From assembly GCA_009784515.1 (NCBI GenBank), contig WRBN01000001.1, positions 628 to 64,627 on the forward strand: a stretch of 64,000 nucleotides of DNA, read 5' to 3'. This stretch comes from Spirochaetaceae bacterium (GTDB lineage Bacteria; Spirochaetota; Spirochaetia; WRBN01). The position numbers were made by a program, and so were the translations under genes. This document shows positions 28,221 to 37,169 of this stretch, piece by piece (the first letter of the stretch is position 1; each line of letters starts with the position of its first letter). The notes under the pieces were generated by a model that saw nothing but the letters and a program-made list of their open reading frames with translations, was not told where the DNA came from and did not search any database.

Positions 28221-29057
28221 TTATGCTCCGCCTACACGGTAAGCAATATAGCGGGTAATCTCTAAACCGCTATCGGTAACTTTAGCTACTTCGGCGGTTT
28301 TTTTGGCAATGGTTAAAGCCGGTTCTTTGACAAAACTTTGCTCAAACAAAATAATTTCGGCCAGTTGTTTATCAATTTTGCCTTTAATAATATTTTTGGC
28401 AATATTTTCGGGCTTGCCTTTAACATCTTCTTCGGCCTTTTTGGTAATAATTTCGCTAATTTCGGCTAAATAAGCTGCGTCCACGCTATCGCGGTTTAAA
28501 TAAAGCGGGCTCATTGCCGCTACATGCATCGCTACATCACGCAGGTAAGCTTTAACACTGTCATCGTGTTTGCCGGTTTTACCAAGCACCACCACACCAA
28601 TCATACCATCGTTGTGCGAGTAATAAGCGTGTATCGTATTATTATCAAGGTTTACCGTCTCAAAACGTTTAATTTCAAACCGTTCCTTTAAAACAATAAC
28701 TTCTTCGTCTACCAACGTTTTTAGCTCATCGGTTACGGCGGCTAAATTTTTTTCTAGGATAATTTGGCATAGCTTGTTGCCAAGTGCAATAAAACGTTCA
28801 TTTTTAGAGACAAAATCGGTTTCGCAGGCCAGCTCGAGGATAACCAATTTATCACCTTGCACCAAACTAAAAACTTTACCTTCGTTACTGGCACGGTCGG
28901 CACGTTTGGCAGCGTTAGCTAAACCTTTTTCTTTTAAAATTTTTTCGGCTTTAGCAAAGTCGCCGTCGGCATCTTGTAAAGCTTTTTTACAGTCGGTCAT
29001 ACCGGCCATTGTTTTTTCGCGCAGTTCTTTAACCATTTGCGGAGTTATAGCAGCCAT
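28221..29057 (-). CDS. tsf: Translation elongation factor Ts
   Basis: N-terminal UBA-like MVKELREKTMAGMTDCKKAL. Follows rpsB. Confidence 0.95.
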   Translation of the reverse strand: MAAITPQMVKELREKTMAGMTDCKKALQDADGDFAKAEKILKEKGLANAAKRADRASNEGKVFSLVQGDKLVILELACETDFVSKNERFIALGNKLCQIILEKNLAAVTDELKTLVDEEVIVLKERFEIKRFETVNLDNNTIHAYYSHNDGMIGVVVLGKTGKHDDSVKAYLRDVAMHVAAMSPLYLNRDSVDAAYLAEISEIITKKAEEDVKGKPENIAKNIIKGKIDKQLAEIILFEQSFVKEPALTIAKKTAEVAKVTDSGLEITRYIAYRVGGA

Positions 29058-29860
29058 TATTCGTCTTCCTCCATATTGCTTACGGCATATTTTTCGGCGT
29101 AATCTTCGCGGTCTTTATTAATTACCGCTTCATCAAGGCCGCCTTCTTCATCAAGGCTTTCAATTACTTGTAAGCCAATTTCGTTATCGGCCTCCAGCAC
29201 GGCATTAGCGATGGTTTGAGTAAATAAAGTGATGGCACGGATAGCGTCATCGTTGCCGGGAATAGGATAAGTTACACCGCCGGGATTACTGTTGGTGTCT
29301 ACCACCGCCACTACCGGGATTTTCATACGGTTAGCTTCGGCAATAGCGATGGCCTCTTTACGGGTATCAATTACAAAGATGATACCGGGCAGCTCTTTCA
29401 TATCTTTAATGCCACCTAAGTTTTTTTCCAGCTTAGCTTTTTCTTTTTGGAGCTTGGTTACTTCTTTTTTAGTAAGCATACTAAAAGTGCCGTCAACTTC
29501 CATCTTCTCCAATTTTTTAAGACGCTGCAAACTTTTTTTAATGGTGCTAAAGTTGCTAAGCATACCGCCCAGCCAGCGGTTATTAATATAAAACATACCG
29601 CAGCGTTCGGCTTCTTTTTTAACGGCCTCTTGCGCTTGCTTTTTGGTGCCCACAAAGAGCACGGTTTTGCCGCGGCTAACCTCTTTACGCACTGCTTCGT
29701 AGGCATCTTTAATGCTCACGATGGTTTTTTGTAAATCGATGATATGCACCCCGTTGCGTTCGGCGAAGATGTACTTCTTCATACGTGGGTCCCAACGTTT
29801 TACTTGGTGGCCAAAGTGGACGCCACTTTCAAGCAAATTTTTCATGGTTACTACAGCCAT
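29057..29860 (-). CDS. rpsB: 30S ribosomal protein S2
   Basis: [19 protein letters not shown] signature. Confidence 0.95.
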   Translation of the reverse strand: MAVVTMKNLLESGVHFGHQVKRWDPRMKKYIFAERNGVHIIDLQKTIVSIKDAYEAVRKEVSRGKTVLFVGTKKQAQEAVKKEAERCGMFYINNRWLGGMLSNFSTIKKSLQRLKKLEKMEVDGTFSMLTKKEVTKLQKEKAKLEKNLGGIKDMKELPGIIFVIDTRKEAIAIAEANRMKIPVVAVVDTNSNPGGVTYPIPGNDDAIRAITLFTQTIANAVLEADNEIGLQVIESLDEEGGLDEAVINKDREDYAEKYAVSNMEEDE

Positions 29861-29999
29861 GATAGCTCCTTGCCCCGCTTACAGTTTATAACCTTTTTAT
29901 TCCCAAAAAGGTGGCGGGTTTAGTCTCATCGTATTTAACCTTTGTTAAATACGATGGAAAATTTTGGGCATAACTATGCCCGAGAGTTTTAGTTCTCTG
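29861..29999 (-). promoter_or_regulatory. Structured 5' leader of rpsB-tsf (candidate S2 autoregulatory leader)
   Basis: Three elements: a 13-bp hairpin (29927-29939/29944-29956), a hairpin GGGCATA/TATGCCC (29966-29981), and a nested CCCGC/GCGGG (29874-78/29914-18) enclosing ACCTTTTT/AAAAAGGT next to the SD. Confidence 0.35.
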
Positions 30000-30005
30000 C
30001 AAAGA

Positions 30006-30034
30006 AGTTTAACCCAAAAAACAATTAATTGCAA
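30006..30034 (-). promoter_or_regulatory. Possible rpsB promoter TTGCAA-17-TAAACT
   Basis: Direct reading of the minus strand. Confidence 0.35.
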
Positions 30035-30094
30035 GAGTGTTAATTAACAAATTGAGCGCAAAAATAGCTGGCACATAAAGGCGCCAACCTAAAA

Positions 30095-30114
30095 CAGTCA
30101 ACTACTTATAACGC
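30095..30114. repeat. Left arm of a 20-bp inverted repeat (CAGTCAACTACTTATAACGC)
   Basis: 19/20 complementary to 30167..30186. Confidence 0.8.
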
Positions 30115-30166
30115 TTTTTACGCCCTACAGCACTCATAAGTTATTATTTTATTTAAAAGTAAAAAA

Positions 30167-30186
30167 GCATTATAAGTAGTTGACTG
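30167..30186. repeat. Right arm of a 20-bp inverted repeat (GCATTATAAGTAGTTGACTG)
   Basis: 19/20 complementary to 30095..30114. Confidence 0.8.
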
Positions 30187-30208
30187 CTTTAAGGAATGAT
30201 GATAATAT
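30180..30208 (+). promoter_or_regulatory. Sigma70-like promoter TTGACT-17-TAATAT followed by an orphan AAGGAGG
   Basis: Direct reading. The -35 lies inside the right arm of a 20-bp inverted repeat. Confidence 0.45.
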
Positions 30209-30390
30209 AGACTTAAAGGAGGATAATTTAGATACGGCACCGAAAATATTACTATTCCAAAGGGGAATAATATTTCTGGAAACTTTTACCTTACCGATTT
30301 AAGAAACTTTTCAGATGATAGAGTTTCCATTATGCAAGATGGTACTATATTTACATTTAGCAACAAATAATTTACTTAAGGAGTTTATTT

Positions 30391-30912
30391 ATGAAGATAA
30401 AAATTACAATGACTATTTTAATGCTTTTAATAGTTACTTCGGCAAATGCGCAAACAACCGCTTCGCGCGTAAATGAGGCAATAAGGATATTTAGAGAATA
30501 TAACCTTAATGTACCTGCCAGTGTTCGTATAACAAGTGAAAATAGGCCATGGCAAAGGCAATTAGAGCTTATTTTAAGCCCTAGAAATGCCAGTATGTAT
30601 CCTAATATTAAAAGGGATTTTCTTTCTTTTAGTGGACTTTCTTCATTACCAAGTTATGCGCAAGTTCTTGCTAATCAAAACTGGTTGAATTGGTGGCAGA
30701 GAGAAATTATGAACCCAAGTCGTGGATTGGACCATGTTACTGGTAGAGCAGTTGATGTCTCTGTAAGGGATTTAACTGTTGAACAAAGAAGAAATTTTGA
30801 GCAGATTTTAAGTAATATGGGCATTCGGGTTACCTACGAAGATTATCGTGCCGATGAAACTGTAATTGTTCATAACATTAGTCAAGCAACACTCTTTCAC
30901 TGTGTTTACTAA
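30391..30912 (+). CDS. Secreted protein with M15-like (LAS/DD-peptidase-fold) metal motif
   Basis: Signal peptide. LDHVTGRAVD matches the H-x2-G-x-A-x-D pattern of M15 peptidases. This is a weak call. Confidence 0.4.
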   Translation: MKIKITMTILMLLIVTSANAQTTASRVNEAIRIFREYNLNVPASVRITSENRPWQRQLELILSPRNASMYPNIKRDFLSFSGLSSLPSYAQVLANQNWLNWWQREIMNPSRGLDHVTGRAVDVSVRDLTVEQRRNFEQILSNMGIRVTYEDYRADETVIVHNISQATLFHCVY

Positions 30913-30994
30913 ATAGTAACCTGCCTCAACCTTTCAAAGCTCGCCCAACCAAAGCGGGCTTTTATTTACCTTTAAGTTATGTTACCATCACTAC

Positions 30995-31276
30995 ATGATA
31001 AAATCTTTCAACTGCCCTTCTACCAAACAAATTTATGATGGAAATATAGCTAAAAAATTCCCAGCTGAAATACAAAGCCGCGCCAGACGTAAACTTGATA
31101 TGCTGGATGCCGCCGAAATCCTCGAAGATTTGCGTGTGCCACCATCTAACCGTTTAGAAAAATTACTAGGAAATCGTAGCGGGCAGTATAGTATAAGAAT
31201 AAATGATAAATACCGCCTTTGTTTTGAATGGATTAACAACGAGGCCCAAAATGTCGAAATTGTGGATTACCATTAA
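30995..31276 (+). CDS. higB: Type II toxin HigB (RelE/ParE superfamily, killer protein)
   Basis: Typical HigB pattern ...LEKLLGNRSGQYSIRINDKYRLCF. Confidence 0.85.
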   Translation: MIKSFNCPSTKQIYDGNIAKKFPAEIQSRARRKLDMLDAAEILEDLRVPPSNRLEKLLGNRSGQYSIRINDKYRLCFEWINNEAQNVEIVDYH

Positions 31277-31347
31277 ACGTTTATTTATAAAGCCTTGACT
31301 TTACGCATTACATAATATATAATATAACTTAAGCGGAGGTATAAAAG

Positions 31348-31677
31348 ATGGCAGAACGTATTAAACTCGACCATATTGGCCTAATTTTACAGGAAGAGTT
31401 TATGGAGCCATTTGGGTTATCGATGAACGCTTTAGCTAAGGCCATTATGGTACCACCTAATCGTATACATAGTATTGTACACGGCTTACGGCGCATGAGC
31501 GCCGATACCGATTTACGTTTAAGCCATTATTTTGGCTTATCACAAGGCTTTTTTTTACGCATTCAAAATAGATATGATATGACGATGGCTCTACGTGAGT
31601 TAGATGATAAAATAAAGCAAATTATTCCTATTGAACATACCTCTACTACCAGCAAAATACCGGTATTAGATGAATAA
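31348..31677 (+). CDS. higA: HigA-family antitoxin (XRE HTH)
   Basis: LSMNALAKAIMVPPNRIHSIVHG.R..SADTDLRLSHYFG pattern. Confidence 0.85.
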   Translation: MAERIKLDHIGLILQEEFMEPFGLSMNALAKAIMVPPNRIHSIVHGLRRMSADTDLRLSHYFGLSQGFFLRIQNRYDMTMALRELDDKIKQIIPIEHTSTTSKIPVLDE

Positions 31678-31695
31678 AGTTTTTACAAACCGCTG

Positions 31696-31730
31696 TAATA
31701 CCCCGCCCTGAAGGGCGGGGTATTAGACCC
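31696..31730. repeat. REP-like GC hairpin (13-bp stem) plus GGGGTATTAGACCC
   Basis: TAATACCCCGCCC-TGAA-GGGCGGGGTATTA. The 14-mer at 31717-31730 is identical to 54672-54685. Confidence 0.7.
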
Positions 31731-31983
31731 TCTGCTACGCAATAAGATATTAGTCAAGGAGATGTCAATACCCTTGACTTCATAATACTATAAAGTTTTT
31801 TATTGCAGTCAAAATTGCGCGATATTTCTAACAAAATTTAGCCAGAATATAAAATAAATAATTTAACTTAACGGTCTCTTCATCACCATCTCTAAGGCAA
31901 CCTGCATCAAGCTTTCAAAGCCCTCATAATTCTCAGCCACTTTTTAAAGCCCGCTTAATCGGCAGGTTCTTTATTTCTCATTT

Positions 31984-32214
31984 TTAATCTTCAAACTTTA
32001 CAAAATTGTGTGGCCAGCCTTTCATTTTTTCATTATGAATAGCTTGTTCTCGCCCACTCAAAAGCTTTGCTTTTGTATTAGCCGGCTTAATATTAAGTTT
32101 TGTCTTTTTAGGTTTCATAAGCTTGAGCATAAGCGGCTTAAGCGCCTTTAGCTTACTCTCCGGCATAGAGGCTAAGTAGCCCTGTAATTCTTCTCTTAAC
32201 GGGATATCACTCAT
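31984..32214 (-). CDS. Hypothetical small basic protein (76 aa from the ATG with an AGGAAG SD)
   Basis: ORF with SD and a TTGACA-17-TATACT promoter upstream. Confidence 0.4.
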   Translation of the reverse strand: MSDIPLREELQGYLASMPESKLKALKPLMLKLMKPKKTKLNIKPANTKAKLLSGREQAIHNEKMKGWPHNFVKFED

Positions 32215-32263
32215 TTTAATGCTTCCTATCTGCATATTTCTCTAGCCACACTTCCATTTGTTA

Positions 32264-32292
32264 AGTATAATTGCGGCTCTAATATTTGTCAA
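32264..32292 (-). promoter_or_regulatory. Sigma70-like promoter TTGACA-17-TATACT for ORF 31984..32214
   Basis: Direct reading of the minus strand. Confidence 0.5.
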
Positions 32293-32318
32293 TAACTTTT
32301 CCGTTACCCCATAATCTC

Positions 32319-32348
32319 TTGACAAAGATGGTTTTATTATTTTAAAGT
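32319..32348 (+). promoter_or_regulatory. Sigma70-like promoter TTGACA-18-TAAAGT for deoC
   Basis: Direct reading. Confidence 0.4.
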
Positions 32349-32406
32349 AGCTTATTGCCGGCAATAGTGTTATATTGTGGTTAGCTTAGCAATTAAGGAG
32401 CAAGTA

Positions 32407-33075
32407 ATGCAGTTAAATAAATACATAGACCACACTTTATTAAAGGCCGATGCCACCCCGCAGCAAGTTATTAATTTATGTAACGAAGCTAAACAATATA
32501 ACTTTGCCAGTGTGTGCACCAACGGTAACTACACCAGCTTAGTGGCCGAACAACTCAAAGGCAGCGGGGTAAAAAGCTGTGCCGTTGTTGGGTTTCCTCT
32601 GGGGGCGATGGCCACTAAAGCTAAAGTTTACGAAGCCCAACTGGCTTGCCGCGATGGAGCTAACGAAATTGATATGGTGTTAGATATTGGCCAACTTAAA
32701 GCCGGGAACGATGGCAGCGTTTACGAAGATATTAAGGCGGTGGTGCAGGCCGTTCACCAACATAAAGCCATTGTTAAGGTAATTATCGAAAGCTCTTTAT
32801 TAAGTGATGAAGAAAAGGTTAAAGCCTGTAATTTAGCCGTTACGGCAGGGGCCGATTTTGTAAAAACCTCTACCGGCTTTAGCACCGGCGGGGCTACGAT
32901 AGAAGACGTTAAACTGATGCTAGAGGTAGTTAAAGATAAAGCGCAGGTAAAAGCCAGCGGCGGTATTAAATCGGCCAGCGATGCTTTGGCTATGGTTAAG
33001 GCAGGAGCTACACGATTAGGGACCTCTAACGGCATAGCCATTATGCGGCAAGAAGAATGCGCCGGCGGATATTAA
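32407..33075 (+). CDS. deoC: Deoxyribose-phosphate aldolase
   Basis: IDHTLLK, VCTN, VKTSTGF (Schiff-base Lys). The ATG at 32407 has an AAGGAG SD. Confidence 0.9.
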   Translation: MQLNKYIDHTLLKADATPQQVINLCNEAKQYNFASVCTNGNYTSLVAEQLKGSGVKSCAVVGFPLGAMATKAKVYEAQLACRDGANEIDMVLDIGQLKAGNDGSVYEDIKAVVQAVHQHKAIVKVIIESSLLSDEEKVKACNLAVTAGADFVKTSTGFSTGGATIEDVKLMLEVVKDKAQVKASGGIKSASDALAMVKAGATRLGTSNGIAIMRQEECAGGY

Positions 33076-33077
33076 CT

Positions 33078-33350
33078 ATGCAGCATTATATAGCGTGGTT
33101 AATTTTTGGAGCGCTGGTAGCTTATCCTTTTTATAGAGCCATAAAATATTTTTATCTTAGCCGTAAGCACATGCGAGAAGATGGCGGTTATGATATGTTT
33201 TGGGAGGGCCGCGATAATCGGGAAAGATTTGCGCAGGACCCCAAACTTCAAAGATTACAAAAGGGTATGATAAAGTGGTGGTTGCTGGTTATGGCCAGCA
33301 TACCTGTTACCGCTATTATAGTAATTATATTAGATATTTTAGTGTTTTAA
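33078..33350 (+). CDS. Small membrane protein
   Basis: Two TM helices. Start taken at the ATG 2 nt after the deoC stop. Confidence 0.45.
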   Translation: MQHYIAWLIFGALVAYPFYRAIKYFYLSRKHMREDGGYDMFWEGRDNRERFAQDPKLQRLQKGMIKWWLLVMASIPVTAIIVIILDILVF

Positions 33351-33390
33351 AGAAATACTCTCGCCGATAATTTTAATTAGTAAAAATTTA

Positions 33391-33419
33391 TTGACCTTTA
33401 GCCTTTTTTAAGGTAAGCT
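33391..33419 (+). promoter_or_regulatory. Sigma70-like promoter TTGACC-17-TAAGCT, 6 nt from the FemAB-like ATG
   Basis: Direct reading. Confidence 0.4.
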
Positions 33420-33425
33420 AACGCT

Positions 33426-34412
33426 ATGCTTACCATTAACGAAGAGCCCAATTTTGATGGCGATAATTTTTTACAAACACCTTTTTGGCAGCAATTTAAA
33501 GGCAAATTTGGCTGGCAAGGTAAAACCTTTACCGCTGCCTATGATAATTTAAATTTTTCTTTTTTAGTACTTAACAGGCAGATTGGCCGGCTCTTTAACT
33601 TTATCTACCTGCCTTTACCAAACTTTACGCCGATTACGACTAACCACAGCCATTTTTTAAAAGAGCTCAGTAAATTATTAAAAAAATATTACCGCAATCC
33701 TTTAATTATTAGATACGATTTAACTTGGGAAAATAATATTATTTTAACCAACCCATTACGCAAAGCCATTATGCCGGTGCAGCCGCCAGATACCGTGATT
33801 ATCAACTTACAGCAAAGCAACGAAGAATTACTAAAAAATATGCATAAAAAAACCCGCTATAACGTTGGCTTAGCCGCTAAAAAAGGGGTTACCATTAGGC
33901 AAGATAATAACCAAATAGAGCAATGGTATACAATGTATCAAGAAACTGCTCAGCGTGATGGCATAGCTATTCATAGTTATAATTACTATCAAACTTTTTT
34001 ACAGTTAGCTAAAGAAAATGGCCTTGAGGCCCGGCTTTATCTGGCCGAACACGAAGGTGATTTACTGGCCGGTATCATTACTTTATTTTATAAAGATACC
34101 GCTACTTATGTTTATGGAGCCAGCAGCAATCTTAAACGCAATTTAATGGCCAGTTATGGTTTACAATGGCAAGCGATGAGCGATGCTAAAGCTTTTGGCT
34201 GTACCGCTTACGATTTATTTGGTATCCCGCCCAGTGATGACCCTAACCACCCAATGTTTGGGCTGTATCAATTTAAAACCGGCTTTGGCGGGCAGTTGGT
34301 GCACAGGTTAGGCGCTTACGATTATCCGGTAAATTGGCCGCTTTATACGGCCTTTAGATTGGCCGAAAAAGGACGCTTAGCCAAAAAAGAGCTGGCTAAA
34401 AAAAGAAAGTAG
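33426..34412 (+). CDS. FemAB-family peptidoglycan interpeptide-bridge aminoacyltransferase
   Basis: FLQT.FWQQFK, TRYNV, YGAS, LYQFKTGFGG patterns. Confidence 0.8.
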   Translation: MLTINEEPNFDGDNFLQTPFWQQFKGKFGWQGKTFTAAYDNLNFSFLVLNRQIGRLFNFIYLPLPNFTPITTNHSHFLKELSKLLKKYYRNPLIIRYDLTWENNIILTNPLRKAIMPVQPPDTVIINLQQSNEELLKNMHKKTRYNVGLAAKKGVTIRQDNNQIEQWYTMYQETAQRDGIAIHSYNYYQTFLQLAKENGLEARLYLAEHEGDLLAGIITLFYKDTATYVYGASSNLKRNLMASYGLQWQAMSDAKAFGCTAYDLFGIPPSDDPNHPMFGLYQFKTGFGGQLVHRLGAYDYPVNWPLYTAFRLAEKGRLAKKELAKKRK

Positions 34413-34469
34413 CGGGGATTATCCGTTTTACTTGTTTTTAGTTTTCAACTATCAGTTATAAGTTTGCAA

Positions 34470-34910
34470 CTAATTTACAGCTCTCACACCGGCCGGGATA
34501 ATTACTCTGTCGCCAACGGTAATATTGTGGCGTTCAAAAAAGCCCTGATTAACCTCGAGCGCATACATTACCGGCAGAGTACTTTGGATAGTGGCACGGC
34601 TAAGCGGCGTCATATCGTGGATAGAGCGAATACGGCCGTCTCTATCGATATAAGCTATACTTAAAGGTATGTAGGTATTATGCATCCAAAAACTGCGGAT
34701 AGCTTCATCGGGAAAAACAAACAGCATACCGTTATTGGCCGGCAAGCTGCGGCGGTGCATTAGGCCTAAAGCGCGGCTATCGGAGGTATCGGCTACCTCC
34801 ACTAAGATGGTTGTATCGTTAATAGTAACGGTAAGCTGCACCAGCTGTAAATCTTGCGAGCCGCAGCTAAATGCTATTAATATAAATAAGGTAAAAAGCA
34901 GTTTTTTCAT
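34470..34910 (-). CDS. DUF192-domain secreted protein
   Basis: Signal peptide; LGLMHRRSLPANNGMLFVF...FWMHNTYIPLSIAYID. Confidence 0.75.
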   Translation of the reverse strand: MKKLLFTLFILIAFSCGSQDLQLVQLTVTINDTTILVEVADTSDSRALGLMHRRSLPANNGMLFVFPDEAIRSFWMHNTYIPLSIAYIDRDGRIRSIHDMTPLSRATIQSTLPVMYALEVNQGFFERHNITVGDRVIIPAGVRAVN

Positions 34911-35005
34911 AGCTTAGAGTGTACTATATAGTTAGCTGTAAATCAAGGGTAGTTACTGCCAAAGCAGGCTACCCCATAAAGCCAATATTATCCTTGCTTA
35001 CTTTT

Positions 35006-35908
35006 CTAAGTACGCAAACACCTTTCATACAACCCTTTATCTTTAAGTACTTTAATCATGGTTTCGCCCATTACCGCTGGGGTTTTGGCTACCGTTATGC
35101 CGCAGCTCTCTAAAGCGGCTATTTTCTCCGCCGCCGTACCTTTGCCGCCGCTAATAATCGCCCCGGCATGGCCCATACGTTTACCGGCCGGCGCCGTTGC
35201 CCCGCCAATAAAGCCCACTACCGGTTTGGTCATATTAGCTTTTACCCAGTGGGCGGCCTCTTCTTCGGCGCTGCCGCCAATTTCGCCAATCATAATTACG
35301 GCGTAGGTGTCAGGGTCGGCATTAAAGGCTTTTAGACAATCGATAAAATCGCTGCCGTTCACCGGGTCGCCGCCAATCCCTACGGCGGTGCTTTGGCCGA
35401 TACCTTGCGTGGTAAGCTGATAAACGGCCTCGTAAGTAAGCGTACCACTGCGCGATACTACCCCGATGTGGCCCTTAGTGTGGATATAACCGGGCATAAT
35501 GCCAATTTTACATTCACCGGGGGTGATAATACCGGGGCAGTTGGGGCCAACTAAACGCGTTTTTTTGCCCTGCATGTACTGTTTTACCTTAACCATATCA
35601 AGGATAGGGATATGCTCGGTAATGCAAATTACTAAATCCAGCTCGGCCTCCACAGCCTCAAGGATAGCGTCGGCGGCAAAGGCGGCCGGTACATAAATAA
35701 CACTGGCGTTCGCACCGGTTTTGGCTTTCGCTTCGCTTACGGTGTTAAAAACAGGTAAGCCCTCTACAGTTGCGCCGCCCTTGCCCGGCGTAACGCCGCC
35801 TACCATTTGGCTGCCATATTCCAGCATTTGTTTGGTATGAAATAAAGCGGTGCTGCCGGTTATTCCCTGTACCAGCACTTTGGTGTTTTTATTAATAAAG
35901 ATACTCAT
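35006..35908 (-). CDS. sucD: Succinyl-CoA synthetase alpha subunit
   Basis: [13 protein letters not shown], phosphohistidine loop GHAGAI. Confidence 0.95.
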   Translation of the reverse strand: MSIFINKNTKVLVQGITGSTALFHTKQMLEYGSQMVGGVTPGKGGATVEGLPVFNTVSEAKAKTGANASVIYVPAAFAADAILEAVEAELDLVICITEHIPILDMVKVKQYMQGKKTRLVGPNCPGIITPGECKIGIMPGYIHTKGHIGVVSRSGTLTYEAVYQLTTQGIGQSTAVGIGGDPVNGSDFIDCLKAFNADPDTYAVIMIGEIGGSAEEEAAHWVKANMTKPVVGFIGGATAPAGKRMGHAGAIISGGKGTAAEKIAALESCGITVAKTPAVMGETMIKVLKDKGLYERCLRT

Positions 35909-37077
35909 TAGGCGGCTCCTTTAACTAAAGCAACAATCTTTTGGGCGCCATCGGCCATGCTGGTAGCAGCCTGCAAAGTTAAACCCGATTGCTTTAAAAT
36001 TTCGCGGCCTTTCTCCACATTGGTGCCCTCTAAGCGTACCACCAGCGGCACTTTTAAGGCCAATTGTTTTACGGCGGCCACTACCCCTTCGGCGATGGTA
36101 TCACACTTCATAATACCGCCAAAAATATTAATAAATATGCCTTTTACTTGAGGGTCCGATAAAATAATCTTACAAGCCTCGCATACCTTTTCGGTGGTGG
36201 CCCCACCGCCTACATCTAAAAAGTTAGCCGGGCTGCCGCCGTAAAATTTAATAATATCCATCGTGGCCATTGCAAGGCCGGCGCCATTCACCATACAGCC
36301 AATATTGCCATCTAAAGCAATATAACTTAAGCCGAATTTGCCGGCCGCAATCTCTTTAGGGTCTTCCTCGTTAAGGTCGCGCTTATCGGTAAGCTTGGGG
36401 TGGCGGTACAGGGCGTTGTCATCAAAGTTGATTTTAGCATCTAGGGCCATAACCTTGCCGTCTTCGGTGGTAACCAGCGGGTTAATCTCGACAATCGCAC
36501 AATCCAATTCAACGTAGGCCTTATATAAGTTGATAAGCAGCTTGGCCGTTTGGCTAATAAGCTCGGTTGGTATGTTAATGTTAAAGGCAATGCGCCGCGC
36601 CTGAAAGCCGGTTAACCCCACCAGCGGGTCGATAAATTCTTTAAAAATTTTTTCGGGCGATTTAGCGGCAACTTCCTCAATATCCATTCCGCCCTCTTCG
36701 CTGGCCATTAAAACCACCTTACTAGTAGAACGGTCTAGCACCATACCCGCATAGTACTCTTTCTTAATAGCGCAGCCTTCTTCTATCAGCAGGCGTTTAA
36801 CCTCTTTGCCTTCCGGCCCGGTTTGCTGGGTAACCAAAGTTTTGCCTAAAATTTCGGCGGCATAATTCTTTACTTCGTCTGGGCTTTTAGCTACCTTAAC
36901 ACCGCCGGCTTTACCGCGCCCGCCGGCATGAATTTGCGCCTTAACCACTTTAACCGTACCGCTTAATTTTTCGGCAGCAGTTACGGCTTCGTCTACGCTA
37001 AAGGCTACATAGCCGTTTGGCACGGTTACTCCATAGCCACGCAGTAGCTCTTTAGCTTGATGTTCGTGTATGTTCAT
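35908..37077 (-). CDS. sucC: Succinyl-CoA synthetase beta subunit
   Basis: [12 protein letters not shown] start, an ATP-grasp domain and [15 protein letters not shown]. Confidence 0.95.
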   Translation of the reverse strand: MNIHEHQAKELLRGYGVTVPNGYVAFSVDEAVTAAEKLSGTVKVVKAQIHAGGRGKAGGVKVAKSPDEVKNYAAEILGKTLVTQQTGPEGKEVKRLLIEEGCAIKKEYYAGMVLDRSTSKVVLMASEEGGMDIEEVAAKSPEKIFKEFIDPLVGLTGFQARRIAFNINIPTELISQTAKLLINLYKAYVELDCAIVEINPLVTTEDGKVMALDAKINFDDNALYRHPKLTDKRDLNEEDPKEIAAGKFGLSYIALDGNIGCMVNGAGLAMATMDIIKFYGGSPANFLDVGGGATTEKVCEACKIILSDPQVKGIFINIFGGIMKCDTIAEGVVAAVKQLALKVPLVVRLEGTNVEKGREILKQSGLTLQAATSMADGAQKIVALVKGAA

Positions 37078-37169
37078 TAAAATAATCCCTATATTATGCC
37101 TGCCACTAAAGGTAAGCAAGTTAATTATAAACAACTAACTATTAACTATAAGTTGTTAGTTATTACCTA

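Noticed and set aside
30068-30086. Sigma54-like TGGCAC motif (CTGGCACATAAAGGCGCC)
   Set aside because: The downstream element is GGCGC rather than TTGC at the required spacing, and no plus-strand gene follows within 300 bp.
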